From contig JANWZB010000001.1 of the NCBI GenBank assembly GCA_025055035.1, positions 4,785 to 68,784 on the forward strand: a stretch of 64,000 bases of DNA, read 5' to 3'. Within the stretch, counting starts at the first letter, position 1. Each line of letters opens with the position of its first letter. The position numbers were made by a program, and so were the translations under genes. Source of the stretch: Candidatus Kapaibacterium sp. Its GTDB lineage: Bacteria > Bacteroidota > Ignavibacteria > Kapaibacteriales > UBA4661. The notes under the pieces are model-generated. The model had not been told where the DNA came from and did no database searches. It saw nothing but the letters and a program-made list of their open reading frames with translations. Shown in pieces: positions 10,337 to 21,280 of this stretch.

Positions 10337-10804
10337 TTGAAAGAACCAGTACGCCTACTCTTTACGCAGATATCCCGCCCTTTCGGACGCGAGTCTGTTA
10401 TCCTGCTTTTGCGTATGTGGCTAGGGCTCATGATGATTTATCATGGCTCGGACAAATTATTTCGTAGCCTTGAGCCGTTCACTCAGCATCTTACAACATT
10501 TGGTATTCCACTGTCCTCATTTGTATCAAGCTTTTTCACTATATCGCAATTTCTTGGTGGCGCGTTGCTATTTCTTGGCTTTCTTACCCGTCCGGCTCTT
10601 GTCTGCATAGCTATCACTGTATTTTCTGCTGTGATAGAAGCGCTATTTTTTGTGCATTATGATCCGTTTTCGCGTAAGGGCGAGCTTGCATTTACATACA
10701 CCATTCTCGCATTTGCACTATTAATCAGCGGTCCGGGTATGTACAGCATTGACTATGTTCTCGCGCGTGCTCGACAAACCGATGAGCATGATCACACTGT
10801 CTAA
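10337..10804 (+). CDS. DoxX-family membrane protein
   Basis: Four predicted TM segments and the DoxX-like motif MWLGLMMIYHGSDKLF. Confidence 0.65.
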   Translation: MKEPVRLLFTQISRPFGRESVILLLRMWLGLMMIYHGSDKLFRSLEPFTQHLTTFGIPLSSFVSSFFTISQFLGGALLFLGFLTRPALVCIAITVFSAVIEALFFVHYDPFSRKGELAFTYTILAFALLISGPGMYSIDYVLARARQTDEHDHTV

Positions 10805-10869
10805 ATGGTATAGTTTCAGCAGGATTCCGCCTGTGTGTTTTTGCTTCACCTCATTGTAGTTTCTGAGCT

Positions 10870-12186
10870 ATGATTCAACATCTGTACTTTCTTGTCGGCG
10901 CTGCTCTAGCAACAATGCTGAGCACTAGCCTTCTAGCACAGCGGCAACCACCAGCAGCAGGTTCTACAGCCGAAACCATTAAGATTGGAATAAGCATTGT
11001 TACATCGGATCCCACTGGCTCAACACAGCTTCAGGGCGCACGCATGGCTGTTGAGGAAATTAACGCAGCAGGCGGTGTTCTAGGCAGAAAACTTGAAATT
11101 ATACCCGTCTACAACGAAACTCGAAACTACACAAAAGCCCAAGCATTGATTAAAACTCTTATACAGGAAGGTGCACAGTACATTATCACTTCAGGTGGCT
11201 CAGGCATGACAATGAAAGCAGCAGAAATCACAATCCCAGCAAATGTCATGCTGATTACGGGCTCCTCATCATCACCGAAAATTAGCGAGCTTCAGGATAA
11301 TGACCTTGTCTGGAGAACTGTTCCATCCGATGCATTTCAGGGTCGCATTGCTGCAGTATATATGGATTCGCTCAAAGTACGGACTGTAGGCATTATTCAC
11401 CTAGACAACCCATATGGCAATGAACTTGCTCGTACTTTTCGTGAAGCATTCGAGCGTCGGCGTGGAAAGGTTGTTGCTACTGCCAAGATTCCTGATGTTA
11501 CAAACTACTCAAATGTCGATTTTAAGCCTATCGTTGACGCCGTATTTAGCGCAAAACCTCAACTTGTTTATATCATCGGATTTGGCGAAGAAAGTGCTAG
11601 AGTTGTCAACACAGCTAAACCGTACTTTACTAAGGAATACCGTCCGCAGCTCTTGGGGTGCGATGCCAATTACAATAACGACTTCCTGTACGGCGCAGAT
11701 CCCGAGCTTATTGAAGGCATGCAAGGCTTTGTGTACATTCACCCGCAAAACTCTGCAAACTATGAGAAATTCAACAAAGCATTTGAAGCTTTCCAGAGCA
11801 AATCAAGTCTTGATGTTGCTGGAATGACCGCTACTTCCCTTGCATCGCTGCTTGGTGCTGTATCCACTAATTCTTATGGAGCAACTGTTTATGATGCTGT
11901 GTACAGCATTGCATATGCTATGCTCAAGGCTCGCTCAGTGCATCCCACAGACGTTGCTAAGCAAATGCGTGAGATTGCTAACGACAACGAGGGCGCTGTT
12001 GTGATTAACGTTGGCGAGTTCTCCAAGGCAGCTTCTATTCTTGCTAAAGGAGGAAAAATCAACTACGAGGGTGCCAGCGGCACACTTGAGTTTAACGATA
12101 CAGGTGACGTTACCGCAGGAACATATATTATCTGGAAAATCAAAAACGGTCAATTTACTGAAGCAAGTACTATCTCGTTTCCATAA
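10870..12186 (+). CDS. periplasmic ligand-binding protein of the LivK / branched-chain amino acid SBP family (type I PBP)
   Basis: Signal peptide. IKIGISIVTSDPTGS...GARMAVEEINAAGGVLGRKLEI is characteristic of Leu/Ile/Val-binding proteins. Paralogous to 17586..18986. Confidence 0.75.
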   Translation: MIQHLYFLVGAALATMLSTSLLAQRQPPAAGSTAETIKIGISIVTSDPTGSTQLQGARMAVEEINAAGGVLGRKLEIIPVYNETRNYTKAQALIKTLIQEGAQYIITSGGSGMTMKAAEITIPANVMLITGSSSSPKISELQDNDLVWRTVPSDAFQGRIAAVYMDSLKVRTVGIIHLDNPYGNELARTFREAFERRRGKVVATAKIPDVTNYSNVDFKPIVDAVFSAKPQLVYIIGFGEESARVVNTAKPYFTKEYRPQLLGCDANYNNDFLYGADPELIEGMQGFVYIHPQNSANYEKFNKAFEAFQSKSSLDVAGMTATSLASLLGAVSTNSYGATVYDAVYSIAYAMLKARSVHPTDVAKQMREIANDNEGAVVINVGEFSKAASILAKGGKINYEGASGTLEFNDTGDVTAGTYIIWKIKNGQFTEASTISFP

Positions 12187-13324
12187 TCTCCGCTGTCAGC
12201 ACATAGCAGCCAGTGTGTTCTGTCAGTGCTAGCGTTCCAGAGTATAAGGGCGCTGCACTGTATAAACGCTTCAGTGGCTCATCAGGCTCCTCACTAGTTT
12301 GATAAAATGTTCCGAAGTGTATTGGTATAAAAACTTCTGCGTTCATCATCTCTGCCATAGCTAGCGCTTGCTCTGGGGTGCAATGCAACGACTCATAGCC
12401 TTGATATGCACCTATTGGCATCATTGCTACATCAACACCGTGCGAACGTAGTTCTACAAAACTTTCTGTCCACGCTGTGTCGCCGCCAAACACGATACGT
12501 TTTCCTGCTTTTTCGAGAAGATACGCGTTGTAGCTCCTTCCCGATACTGTATAGCCATTCGACCTGTCGCGCTCCCAAGGATATCGCCAGCCATTATGAG
12601 CAACTTCAAGTGCTCGTATCGTTATACTACCCTGATGTGCTGTATGTATCGAAATATCCTGTCCCCAATCTAGCTCGTATACAGCCTTCCATGGCAGATG
12701 CTCTATAACATCGGCAGTATTGCGTGCGCAGACCACATCTATTGCATATGGGTATGATGATGAGAACATTTGAAGCGTTGGTATATCTGTATGATCGAAA
12801 TGTGCATGCGATAGCACGATAAGATCAGGCTGTGGTATTTGCTGAAAAGTTAACGCCGGCGGCGTATATCGGTCTATTCCTATTATTCTTCCGAGCACGT
12901 TGATTCCTACGCGTTCTGAGAGAACAGGATCGGTCAGCACAGTTGTACCAAACATATTGATAAGCATGGATGCGTGACCAACTCTTGTAATGCATACCGT
13001 AGAGTACTTAGCTCTACATAATGCAGAGACAGAACATGTTAGAGAATGTTGTTCATCTTCAACCTCATGCCAACTCAATGATACTTCAGAGCATTTGTAT
13101 ACACTAGGTGAGATTTGACCGATATAGAGTGTAGTGGGAAGGAAACGCTGCGTAGAGGAGAAAGGAAGAGGGGAGACTGGAGGGGGTAATGATTGCTGTC
13201 GTCGTAATATTCGTCGTTTTGTTGGGAGGAGTGCGTCAGCAATTGCTGTTGCGGCAGTACGGACATGGTCGAGCGTTGTTGGCGGCTTTCGCTTTGTCGT
13301 AGCACACACGTTATTGTATACCAT
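12170..13324 (-). CDS. MBL-fold metallo-hydrolase with a proline-rich N-terminal extension
   Basis: GHAS...VLTDP and the HxHxDH-type motif LSHAHFDHTD. The true start is probably internal, roughly 13010-13100. Upstream ORF sequence is low-complexity (PPPVSPLPF). Confidence 0.6.
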   Translation of the reverse strand: MVYNNVCATTKRKPPTTLDHVRTAATAIADALLPTKRRILRRQQSLPPPVSPLPFSSTQRFLPTTLYIGQISPSVYKCSEVSLSWHEVEDEQHSLTCSVSALCRAKYSTVCITRVGHASMLINMFGTTVLTDPVLSERVGINVLGRIIGIDRYTPPALTFQQIPQPDLIVLSHAHFDHTDIPTLQMFSSSYPYAIDVVCARNTADVIEHLPWKAVYELDWGQDISIHTAHQGSITIRALEVAHNGWRYPWERDRSNGYTVSGRSYNAYLLEKAGKRIVFGGDTAWTESFVELRSHGVDVAMMPIGAYQGYESLHCTPEQALAMAEMMNAEVFIPIHFGTFYQTSEEPDEPLKRLYSAAPLYSGTLALTEHTGCYVLTAEIMETR

Positions 13325-13522
13325 GCTCTAAACCTGTGTGATATGGCACAATTTACACGTTCGCGCAAACATACTGCGTCTGTGCTAGAATTCTATGTTA
13401 TCAATTCACTATACCCGATGTGTTATGGAAGTTTTACATGCACTGTATGTCATCGAAACTTTTTAAGCAGCTACAGCATAAGTGTTAATGATACATCTTC
13501 GTGAATTTTTACAACATTTTTC

Positions 13523-13551
13523 TTGACTTTTTCCTTTCTTCTTTATATTTT
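13523..13551 (+). promoter_or_regulatory. sigma70-like promoter of groES (TTGACT, 15-17 nt spacer, TATATT/TATTTT)
   Basis: TTGACT at 13523-13528 and TATATT at 13544-13549, directly upstream of the CIRCE element. Confidence 0.4.
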
Positions 13552-13566
13552 TGCATCGCTTTTTTG

Positions 13567-13593
13567 TTAGCACTCTCAACAAGAGAGTGCTAA
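13567..13593 (+). promoter_or_regulatory. CIRCE operator (HrcA binding site), perfect consensus
   Basis: TTAGCACTC-tcaacaaga-GAGTGCTAA, an exact TTAGCACTC-N9-GAGTGCTAA inverted repeat 60 nt upstream of the groES start. Confidence 0.85.
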
Positions 13594-13653
13594 CAAAACA
13601 TATCACGCACATTCCATCTGTTTTTTAGATTTCACACTTAACGGAGGTTTACC

Positions 13654-13941
13654 ATGCCATTAACACCTTTGCATGACCGCGTCATTGTTCGCGCTGCACA
13701 GCCAGAAGAAGTTACCAAAGGCGGGATCATTCTTCCTGACACAGCAAAAGAGAAGCCACAGCAAGGCGAAGTTATTGCTGTAGGACCGGGTAAAATCGGC
13801 GACGATGGCAAAACTATCGCAATGCAAGTGAAAAAAGGCGACAAAGTTCTGTATGGCAAATATTCAGGTACTGAAGTAAACATTGATGGTGAAGATGTTC
13901 TGATTATGCGCGAAAGTGACATCTTTGCTATCATCAAGTAA
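13654..13941 (+). CDS. groS: co-chaperonin GroES
   Basis: 95 aa with typical GroES sequence (LHDRVIVRA...[24 protein letters not shown]). Confidence 0.95.
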   Translation: MPLTPLHDRVIVRAAQPEEVTKGGIILPDTAKEKPQQGEVIAVGPGKIGDDGKTIAMQVKKGDKVLYGKYSGTEVNIDGEDVLIMRESDIFAIIK

Positions 13942-13993
13942 AATGCTAGACTAGCTCTCATCCACTGCAGACTTTGTAGATAATCCATCTTAG

Positions 13994-15670
<1,677 letters not shown>

Positions 15671-15721
15671 ACCTCCGCAGCAGAAGGACAAGGAGAGAGC
15701 ATACTACGGGATGTTAGAGCA

Positions 15722-15761
15722 CATCCCACCGCACCCAAAGGTACGGTGGGATGTACTTTTT
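15722..15761 (+). terminator. Rho-independent terminator after groEL
   Basis: Stem CATCCCACCG / CGGTGGGATG with a 12-nt loop, followed by TACTTTTT. Confidence 0.6.
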
Positions 15762-15885
15762 AGAAATACACTGTAGCGGAAAAAAATTTATCCTAGAAAC
15801 GAAAAAAACGTAAATTCGCAGTATATGCGCTCGATAGCAGCTCGGAACAACGTACTTTAGTTTTCACTTTTTCGCACATACTCTT

Positions 15886-16254
15886 ATGGCAAAGGCCACT
15901 GTTCTGATTATAGAAGATGACAAAACTATCCGCACAGGGCTGACAAGGCTTATGGAAGCCGAAGGCTACACTCCACTTTTCGCAGAAAATGGGGTAGAAG
16001 GAGTGAAGCTTGCTTTAGAGCACAAGCCTGATTTAATTATCTGCGATATTGCAATGCCAGAGATGAATGGATATGAAGTCCTTGCAAAAATTAAGCAAAG
16101 CCCAAGTCTTGCAGCAAAACCATTTTTCTTCCTTTCAGCTAAAATCACAAAAGAAGACGAAGCAAAAGGCTTAGCTGCCGGAGCAACAGGATACCTTAAA
16201 AAGCCTATGTGGCCAGAAGATATTCTGAAAGTTGTTAAGCAGCATCTTCGATAG
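15886..16254 (+). CDS. single-domain response regulator (CheY-like receiver)
   Basis: VLIIEDD...DLIICDIAMPEMNG...LSAK...GATGYLKKP. Confidence 0.85.
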   Translation: MAKATVLIIEDDKTIRTGLTRLMEAEGYTPLFAENGVEGVKLALEHKPDLIICDIAMPEMNGYEVLAKIKQSPSLAAKPFFFLSAKITKEDEAKGLAAGATGYLKKPMWPEDILKVVKQHLR

Positions 16255-16304
16255 CCATTACGCTATATCCTATAAAACCCCTGACAATAGGTATATACGC
16301 ACTC

Positions 16305-17516
16305 ATGCAGCGCTGTAACACGGTACAAGGGCTATGCTGCTACGCGCACCTGTTAGCGCTACTTCGCTTTCACAATCACGCTCTTGCTTGTATTCTGAAT
16401 CTGAGTCTTACAATAGCTGTTAATGCCTGCCGCGCTCCTCATGACGAGTTTCCGGAGCTTGAATACACTCGTACGTATAGTAATTCTTCTGCTTTCCACA
16501 AGCAGTACCGCGATTCCATACGTGCACGTGCCGTACGAGCAATCCATGCAGCGATTCCTACGATACCATATCGTCGTATCGCTATCGATTCTCAATCACG
16601 CCTCGATTCCATTCGGCGAGCCTTTGCCAATAGGCCTATGACACGTGTAGGATACCGTGTTTTCACAACACTGAACCGCAAGGATATCCAGTTTTTTCGG
16701 CTTGGTGACACTGTCATTATACCAGCCGAGTTTCATGATGACCTTCGAATGTATTCGATATTCCCACACTATTATCCTGCTGCAGATACGATTGCGAAGC
16801 TGATTGTTCTTTCGAATGCTTATCAAGCATATGCATGCTACGATAGCGGGAAGCTTTCACGATTTGCCGCATGTAACACTGGCAGAGAAGATAAACCAAC
16901 ATTCCCCGGACGATATGCACTCAATTGGCGCGATAAAATTCGCCGTTCATCCCTTGATAGTAATTGGGTTCTCCCTTACACATGGAACTTCCATCTATAT
17001 GCAGGAAGTGCATTTCATCAGTTTGAGATGCCTGGCAGACCAGTCTCGCACTCATGTGTGCGCCAGTTCATGGCAGATGCAGAATGGCTATTCTACTGGG
17101 GAGTAGGTGCAAAAATTGACAGCTCGACAAAACGCTATATCCCAATGACTGGTACACCTGTTATTATTCTCGATGTTTTTGACTATCGCCGTGTGCATGG
17201 TGGACCATGGCTAGACCTAACAAGCAACAAGGATACCTTTCTTGTTCTTCCTCAACATCCCATGCATGTTGAAGAAGCACTTATACCTATGTCCCAAATA
17301 CCTCATGAAGTCCGATGGGAACTCCCAAATAAAGAACGCTATATATATGCAGAAGACACTCTACGCAAGCGTGGCTGGATTCGTTCCGAAGTAAAACTCG
17401 AAGAATCTATCAATTTCAACAAACTACGACGCTCGCGAGCAAAAATAATACACCGTCCGCACCAAACTTCTTCAGCAACTAAAGTGTCTTCTGCCGATAG
17501 CAATAGCGTTTACTAA
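16305..17516 (+). CDS. L,D-transpeptidase (YkuD) domain-containing protein
   Basis: YACYDSGKLSRFAACNTG...PGRY followed by H...G..SHSCVR, the YkuD catalytic His/Cys arrangement. N-terminal 150 aa unassigned, start uncertain. Confidence 0.5.
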   Translation: MQRCNTVQGLCCYAHLLALLRFHNHALACILNLSLTIAVNACRAPHDEFPELEYTRTYSNSSAFHKQYRDSIRARAVRAIHAAIPTIPYRRIAIDSQSRLDSIRRAFANRPMTRVGYRVFTTLNRKDIQFFRLGDTVIIPAEFHDDLRMYSIFPHYYPAADTIAKLIVLSNAYQAYACYDSGKLSRFAACNTGREDKPTFPGRYALNWRDKIRRSSLDSNWVLPYTWNFHLYAGSAFHQFEMPGRPVSHSCVRQFMADAEWLFYWGVGAKIDSSTKRYIPMTGTPVIILDVFDYRRVHGGPWLDLTSNKDTFLVLPQHPMHVEEALIPMSQIPHEVRWELPNKERYIYAEDTLRKRGWIRSEVKLEESINFNKLRRSRAKIIHRPHQTSSATKVSSADSNSVY

Positions 17517-17585
17517 TGGCGCGAGATTACACAACTTTCCGAAACATACATATTTTTTCTTCAGGACTGTTTTTCTTAACTGAAT

Positions 17586-18986
17586 ATGCGTACTTTCGCT
17601 GCTTACATACTACATACGTGCCTTGCTATTATCCTTAGCAGTAGCTCTGTCCTTCTCTGCCAGCAGAAAAAAGCAAAGCAACAGAAACAGAAACCTCAGC
17701 CATTACCATCAAAAACTTTGCCTGCTCAAGGCAGCATTAGCAATGCTATCATCATCAATAACACTCTTGAGACAATAAAGGTCGGTATGAACTTAGTTGA
17801 ATCCGACCCACTCGACTTGCCGCAGTGGAGAGCAGCACAACTTGCCATTGAAGAAATCAATGCTGCTGGTGGCGTTTTAGGAAAGCGCCTTGAGCTCGTT
17901 ACAGCTATTAGCCCAAATAGACAATACGACAGGGTCTATCCGAATGTTAAACGCTTACTAGACAGCGGCATCACATGTCTGATTGTTCCCGACGGTTCAG
18001 AGCTCACGCTGAAAATAGCCAAGCTTACCATAGTGCGCGATGCACTGATGATAGCAACATCATCAACTTCACCAGAAATTAGTAACTTACAGGATAATGA
18101 CCTTGTTTGGCGCACATCTCCTTCGGATGTCTTTCAAGGTCGTGTTGTTGCCGACATTCTCGATAGCATGGGTATGTCGGCAGCAGCAATAATTTATGTC
18201 GATAACAATTACGGTGCAGGATTGAGTACCTACTTTCAAGAGGCTTTTCAGAAAAAGGGTGGAACAATAACAGCTGTTGTCCACTACCCTTCTCTTCCTT
18301 CGTACAAAGACTATGATTTCAAAGAGCACCTAGAAACGCTCTACCGAGATAAGCCTAAAGCCGTGTACATTATCTCGGACATAGAAGATGGAATTAAAAT
18401 TGCCATGCAATCTCAGATATACGGCTTCTTCACAAAAGATTATAAACCTCAGCTTATCGGCTGTGATGCAAATTACGGTAACGACTTCTTGTTTGCTGTG
18501 AATCCAAGTGTTATTGAAGGTATGCTAAGCCTATCGTATGTACGACCGCATAATTACTCAAATCATGAGAAATTTATCGCTCGCCTCAAGCAGTTCTTAC
18601 GCGATAAACAGGACTCCAGTACATATGCCTTCAATGTCCTTGATGGTTTGGTCGATGCAGAAACGATAGATACCTACGCCTCCACAGCATATGATGCCGT
18701 GTATACTGTAGCGCTTGCCATAGCAAAATCACAATCTCTTGCTGCCCCTGATATTGCAAAAAACATTCGGCTTGTAACCAATGCAGCACCACAAGCCGAA
18801 ATCATCAATCCCAACGAATTTGGTAAAGCTCTCACTGCTCTTCAAAAAGGCAAACGCATCAACTACAATGGTGCTAGCGGTCCGATAGAGTTCGATGACA
18901 AAGGTGATGTTACAGGGGGCAGCTATACCCTCTGGCGTGTACATCAAGGACGATATACCGTTGTGCGAACAATCTCGTTTCCCTAA
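17586..18986 (+). CDS. LivK-family periplasmic ligand-binding protein, paralog 2
   Basis: Signal peptide plus a Q/K-rich linker. IKVGMNLVESDP...AQLAIEEINAAGGVLGKRLEL. C-terminus ...GSYTLWRVHQGRYTVVRTISFP parallels paralog 1 (...GTYIIWKIKNGQFTEASTISFP). Confidence 0.75.
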   Translation: MRTFAAYILHTCLAIILSSSSVLLCQQKKAKQQKQKPQPLPSKTLPAQGSISNAIIINNTLETIKVGMNLVESDPLDLPQWRAAQLAIEEINAAGGVLGKRLELVTAISPNRQYDRVYPNVKRLLDSGITCLIVPDGSELTLKIAKLTIVRDALMIATSSTSPEISNLQDNDLVWRTSPSDVFQGRVVADILDSMGMSAAAIIYVDNNYGAGLSTYFQEAFQKKGGTITAVVHYPSLPSYKDYDFKEHLETLYRDKPKAVYIISDIEDGIKIAMQSQIYGFFTKDYKPQLIGCDANYGNDFLFAVNPSVIEGMLSLSYVRPHNYSNHEKFIARLKQFLRDKQDSSTYAFNVLDGLVDAETIDTYASTAYDAVYTVALAIAKSQSLAAPDIAKNIRLVTNAAPQAEIINPNEFGKALTALQKGKRINYNGASGPIEFDDKGDVTGGSYTLWRVHQGRYTVVRTISFP

Positions 18987-18998
18987 CCCTAAGAACTC

Positions 18999-19793
18999 AT
19001 GTCTGCTCGGCTATATCTACGCTTCAAGCAGCTCTTACCACAACCCATAAAGAATACGCTGAGTGCTATAAATCAGCGGTTCTTTGCTCGCCGCACTATA
19101 CAGCGCCGTTATGGTTCATGGTTTGATATAGATTGGCGCAAGCATTTCCACTCCTTAACCGATGAACAGTGGATACACGCCTATGATACAGTGTGGAAGC
19201 ACTATCACAACGATTGCACCAGCGCAACAGACGTTCAGCTCATACTTCAAGCACTTTCTTCGCTGCAACAGCACATTCCTCACGCCTTGAGTATCATAGA
19301 AGTTGGCTGCGGATATGGTACGCTTGGCATCGCCATGAGCAAAGCAGGATACAACGTTACGTGCCTCGATGTTAGCAATGAAGCGCTTCGCAAGGCGCAA
19401 GCACATGCTGCTAGCGCAGATGTGGCAATATCATGGAAGCAAGGTTTTGCTGAACATCTCCCATTTGCTGATAACTCCTTCGATGTGCTCACATGCTGCC
19501 ATACTCTCGAACACGTCAAAGATCTGGCAACGGCAATCGCTGAAATGAAACGTGTTACTCGCCATGCTCTTATTATTCTTGTACCCAAGCAGCCGTTTCG
19601 CTTATACGCCGAAAACTACCACACACAATTTTTTCCAACACAACAAGTGCTCATCAATGCTATAGGACTACCGAAATACACCTGCCAAGAACTGAGCTGC
19701 CACAACCATACGGGAGAGTTTCATGATACTGCACTCTTCTACACTGGATACTTGGATGATTTACCATATTCATCAAGCCAAGCACAACAGTAA
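18999..19793 (+). CDS. class I SAM-dependent methyltransferase (Methyltransf_11-like)
   Basis: Motif I IIEVGCGYGTLG, acidic-loop LDVS, and motif LPFADNSFDVLTCCHTLEHV. Confidence 0.75.
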   Translation: MSARLYLRFKQLLPQPIKNTLSAINQRFFARRTIQRRYGSWFDIDWRKHFHSLTDEQWIHAYDTVWKHYHNDCTSATDVQLILQALSSLQQHIPHALSIIEVGCGYGTLGIAMSKAGYNVTCLDVSNEALRKAQAHAASADVAISWKQGFAEHLPFADNSFDVLTCCHTLEHVKDLATAIAEMKRVTRHALIILVPKQPFRLYAENYHTQFFPTQQVLINAIGLPKYTCQELSCHNHTGEFHDTALFYTGYLDDLPYSSSQAQQ

Positions 19794-19798
19794 GCAAC

Positions 19799-19830
19799 AA
19801 GCCCGAAGAACCTATTCTTCGGGCTTGCTT
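19799..19830. terminator. bidirectional Rho-independent terminator between the methyltransferase and susD
   Basis: AAGCCCGAAGAA-ccta-TTCTTCGGGCTT perfect 12-bp stem, T-rich on the plus side and A-rich upstream. Confidence 0.6.
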
Positions 19831-19858
19831 GTTCCTTCGCTTCTATTTCCGCATTGCA

Positions 19859-21253
19859 TTAATCAACATAGCCAGGGTTTTGACGCAAGTTTGGATTAGC
19901 AATAATCTCCCTATTCGGAACAGGAAATACCAGTCTGTCAGAGTTGAAAGGATATGTTGTACCACCCGAGACAATGCTGCTGCGTGTACGCTTCTTATCA
20001 TGTAGCCAGTGCCCCTCAAATGCTAGCTCATTTCGGCGTTCCCGCAGAATAGCGTCAATCGTTACAGCACTTGGAGCTAAATCTGCCAAACCAACACGGC
20101 GACGTATTCTATTAATATCGTCAGCTGGAGGAGCACCAACTGTTGTTCCCAAGCGGGCATTGCATTCAGCACGTGTCAAGAGCATTTCCGCAAAGCGAAT
20201 TGCTGGGATATCACCAAACTGATCAACCCACTTGCTCGTTAAGCGGCGACCAACAGTAAAGAAGAACGCACGGCGTGCATCGTTCATCTCATACTTTGTT
20301 AGGTGTCCAGCAAGAATCTCCATATCGCGGCGTCCGCCTGGCGTAGCAGAATAGAACACATTGAGCTGATTCACACCGTCTTGCTCCGACACTGGTACTC
20401 GAAAGATTGTTTCTGCAGCAAATCCAGGAAGGGATTCACGAAAAGCTTCTGTAAAGGTTGGTGCAAGAGAATAGCGATTTGTGCTAATAACGCGGTTCGC
20501 TGCATCGCGCGCTTCGGCATATCGTCCCTGCATCAAATATACACGCGAGAGGACAGCAGCAGCAGTAGCTTTGTTAGCACGTGTTGCCTCGCTGGTTGCA
20601 GGAAGTAGCGATTCAGCATCTGTCAAATCTTTAATAATTTGCTCATAGACTGCAGCAACACTTGCACGACTGGGTTTTTCACCCTCAGACAATACCCCTG
20701 TCTGGAAAATTTGCGATGGGGTCAGAACAAGTGGTACACCGGGATTCGAAGCGTTGTCGCCATCGCCCCATGTTTTGCCGTACAGACGAATCATTTCGAA
20801 ATAGCAAACAGCACGAATAAAGAGCGCTTGCCCTCGTACTGAGTTCCGCTCGGCAGCAGGTAGCGTATCGATCACTGCAAGGATACGATTGACGCGATTA
20901 ATAGTGCTATACCCTACAAGCCATACTTCCGCTGCACCGCTATTGAGTGTGTTGAGTGTACGACGCCAAATATCGCCCATATATTGAAATGTTCCGCGAA
21001 AACGAATATCGTTTTCTTCTCCCATAAGGTCAGCATAGCACCATACCTCGCCCCCCCAAATATAGCGATTGCTCAAGCCGTCATATGCGCCATTAAGGGC
21101 AACACGCACTGCTAGAGCGTCTTTAAGGTCAGTTGCGGCATCAATCTGTGTTACAGGCTTCACGTTCAGTAGGGGATCGCATGCGCTGAGCACTAGCGCG
21201 AATGTAACTCCTACGCTGAGGAGTGATGTACGAAGAAGTGTATTCATAGTCAT
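19859..21253 (-). CDS. RagB/SusD-family nutrient-binding outer-membrane lipoprotein
   Basis: Lipoprotein signal with lipobox LSAC. SusD-like TPR-rich sequence. Immediately downstream of the SusC gene. Confidence 0.85.
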   Translation of the reverse strand: MTMNTLLRTSLLSVGVTFALVLSACDPLLNVKPVTQIDAATDLKDALAVRVALNGAYDGLSNRYIWGGEVWCYADLMGEENDIRFRGTFQYMGDIWRRTLNTLNSGAAEVWLVGYSTINRVNRILAVIDTLPAAERNSVRGQALFIRAVCYFEMIRLYGKTWGDGDNASNPGVPLVLTPSQIFQTGVLSEGEKPSRASVAAVYEQIIKDLTDAESLLPATSEATRANKATAAAVLSRVYLMQGRYAEARDAANRVISTNRYSLAPTFTEAFRESLPGFAAETIFRVPVSEQDGVNQLNVFYSATPGGRRDMEILAGHLTKYEMNDARRAFFFTVGRRLTSKWVDQFGDIPAIRFAEMLLTRAECNARLGTTVGAPPADDINRIRRRVGLADLAPSAVTIDAILRERRNELAFEGHWLHDKKRTRSSIVSGGTTYPFNSDRLVFPVPNREIIANPNLRQNPGYVD

Positions 21254-21280
21254 GAGAAAACAGGGTTCAAGAAATCGTTG

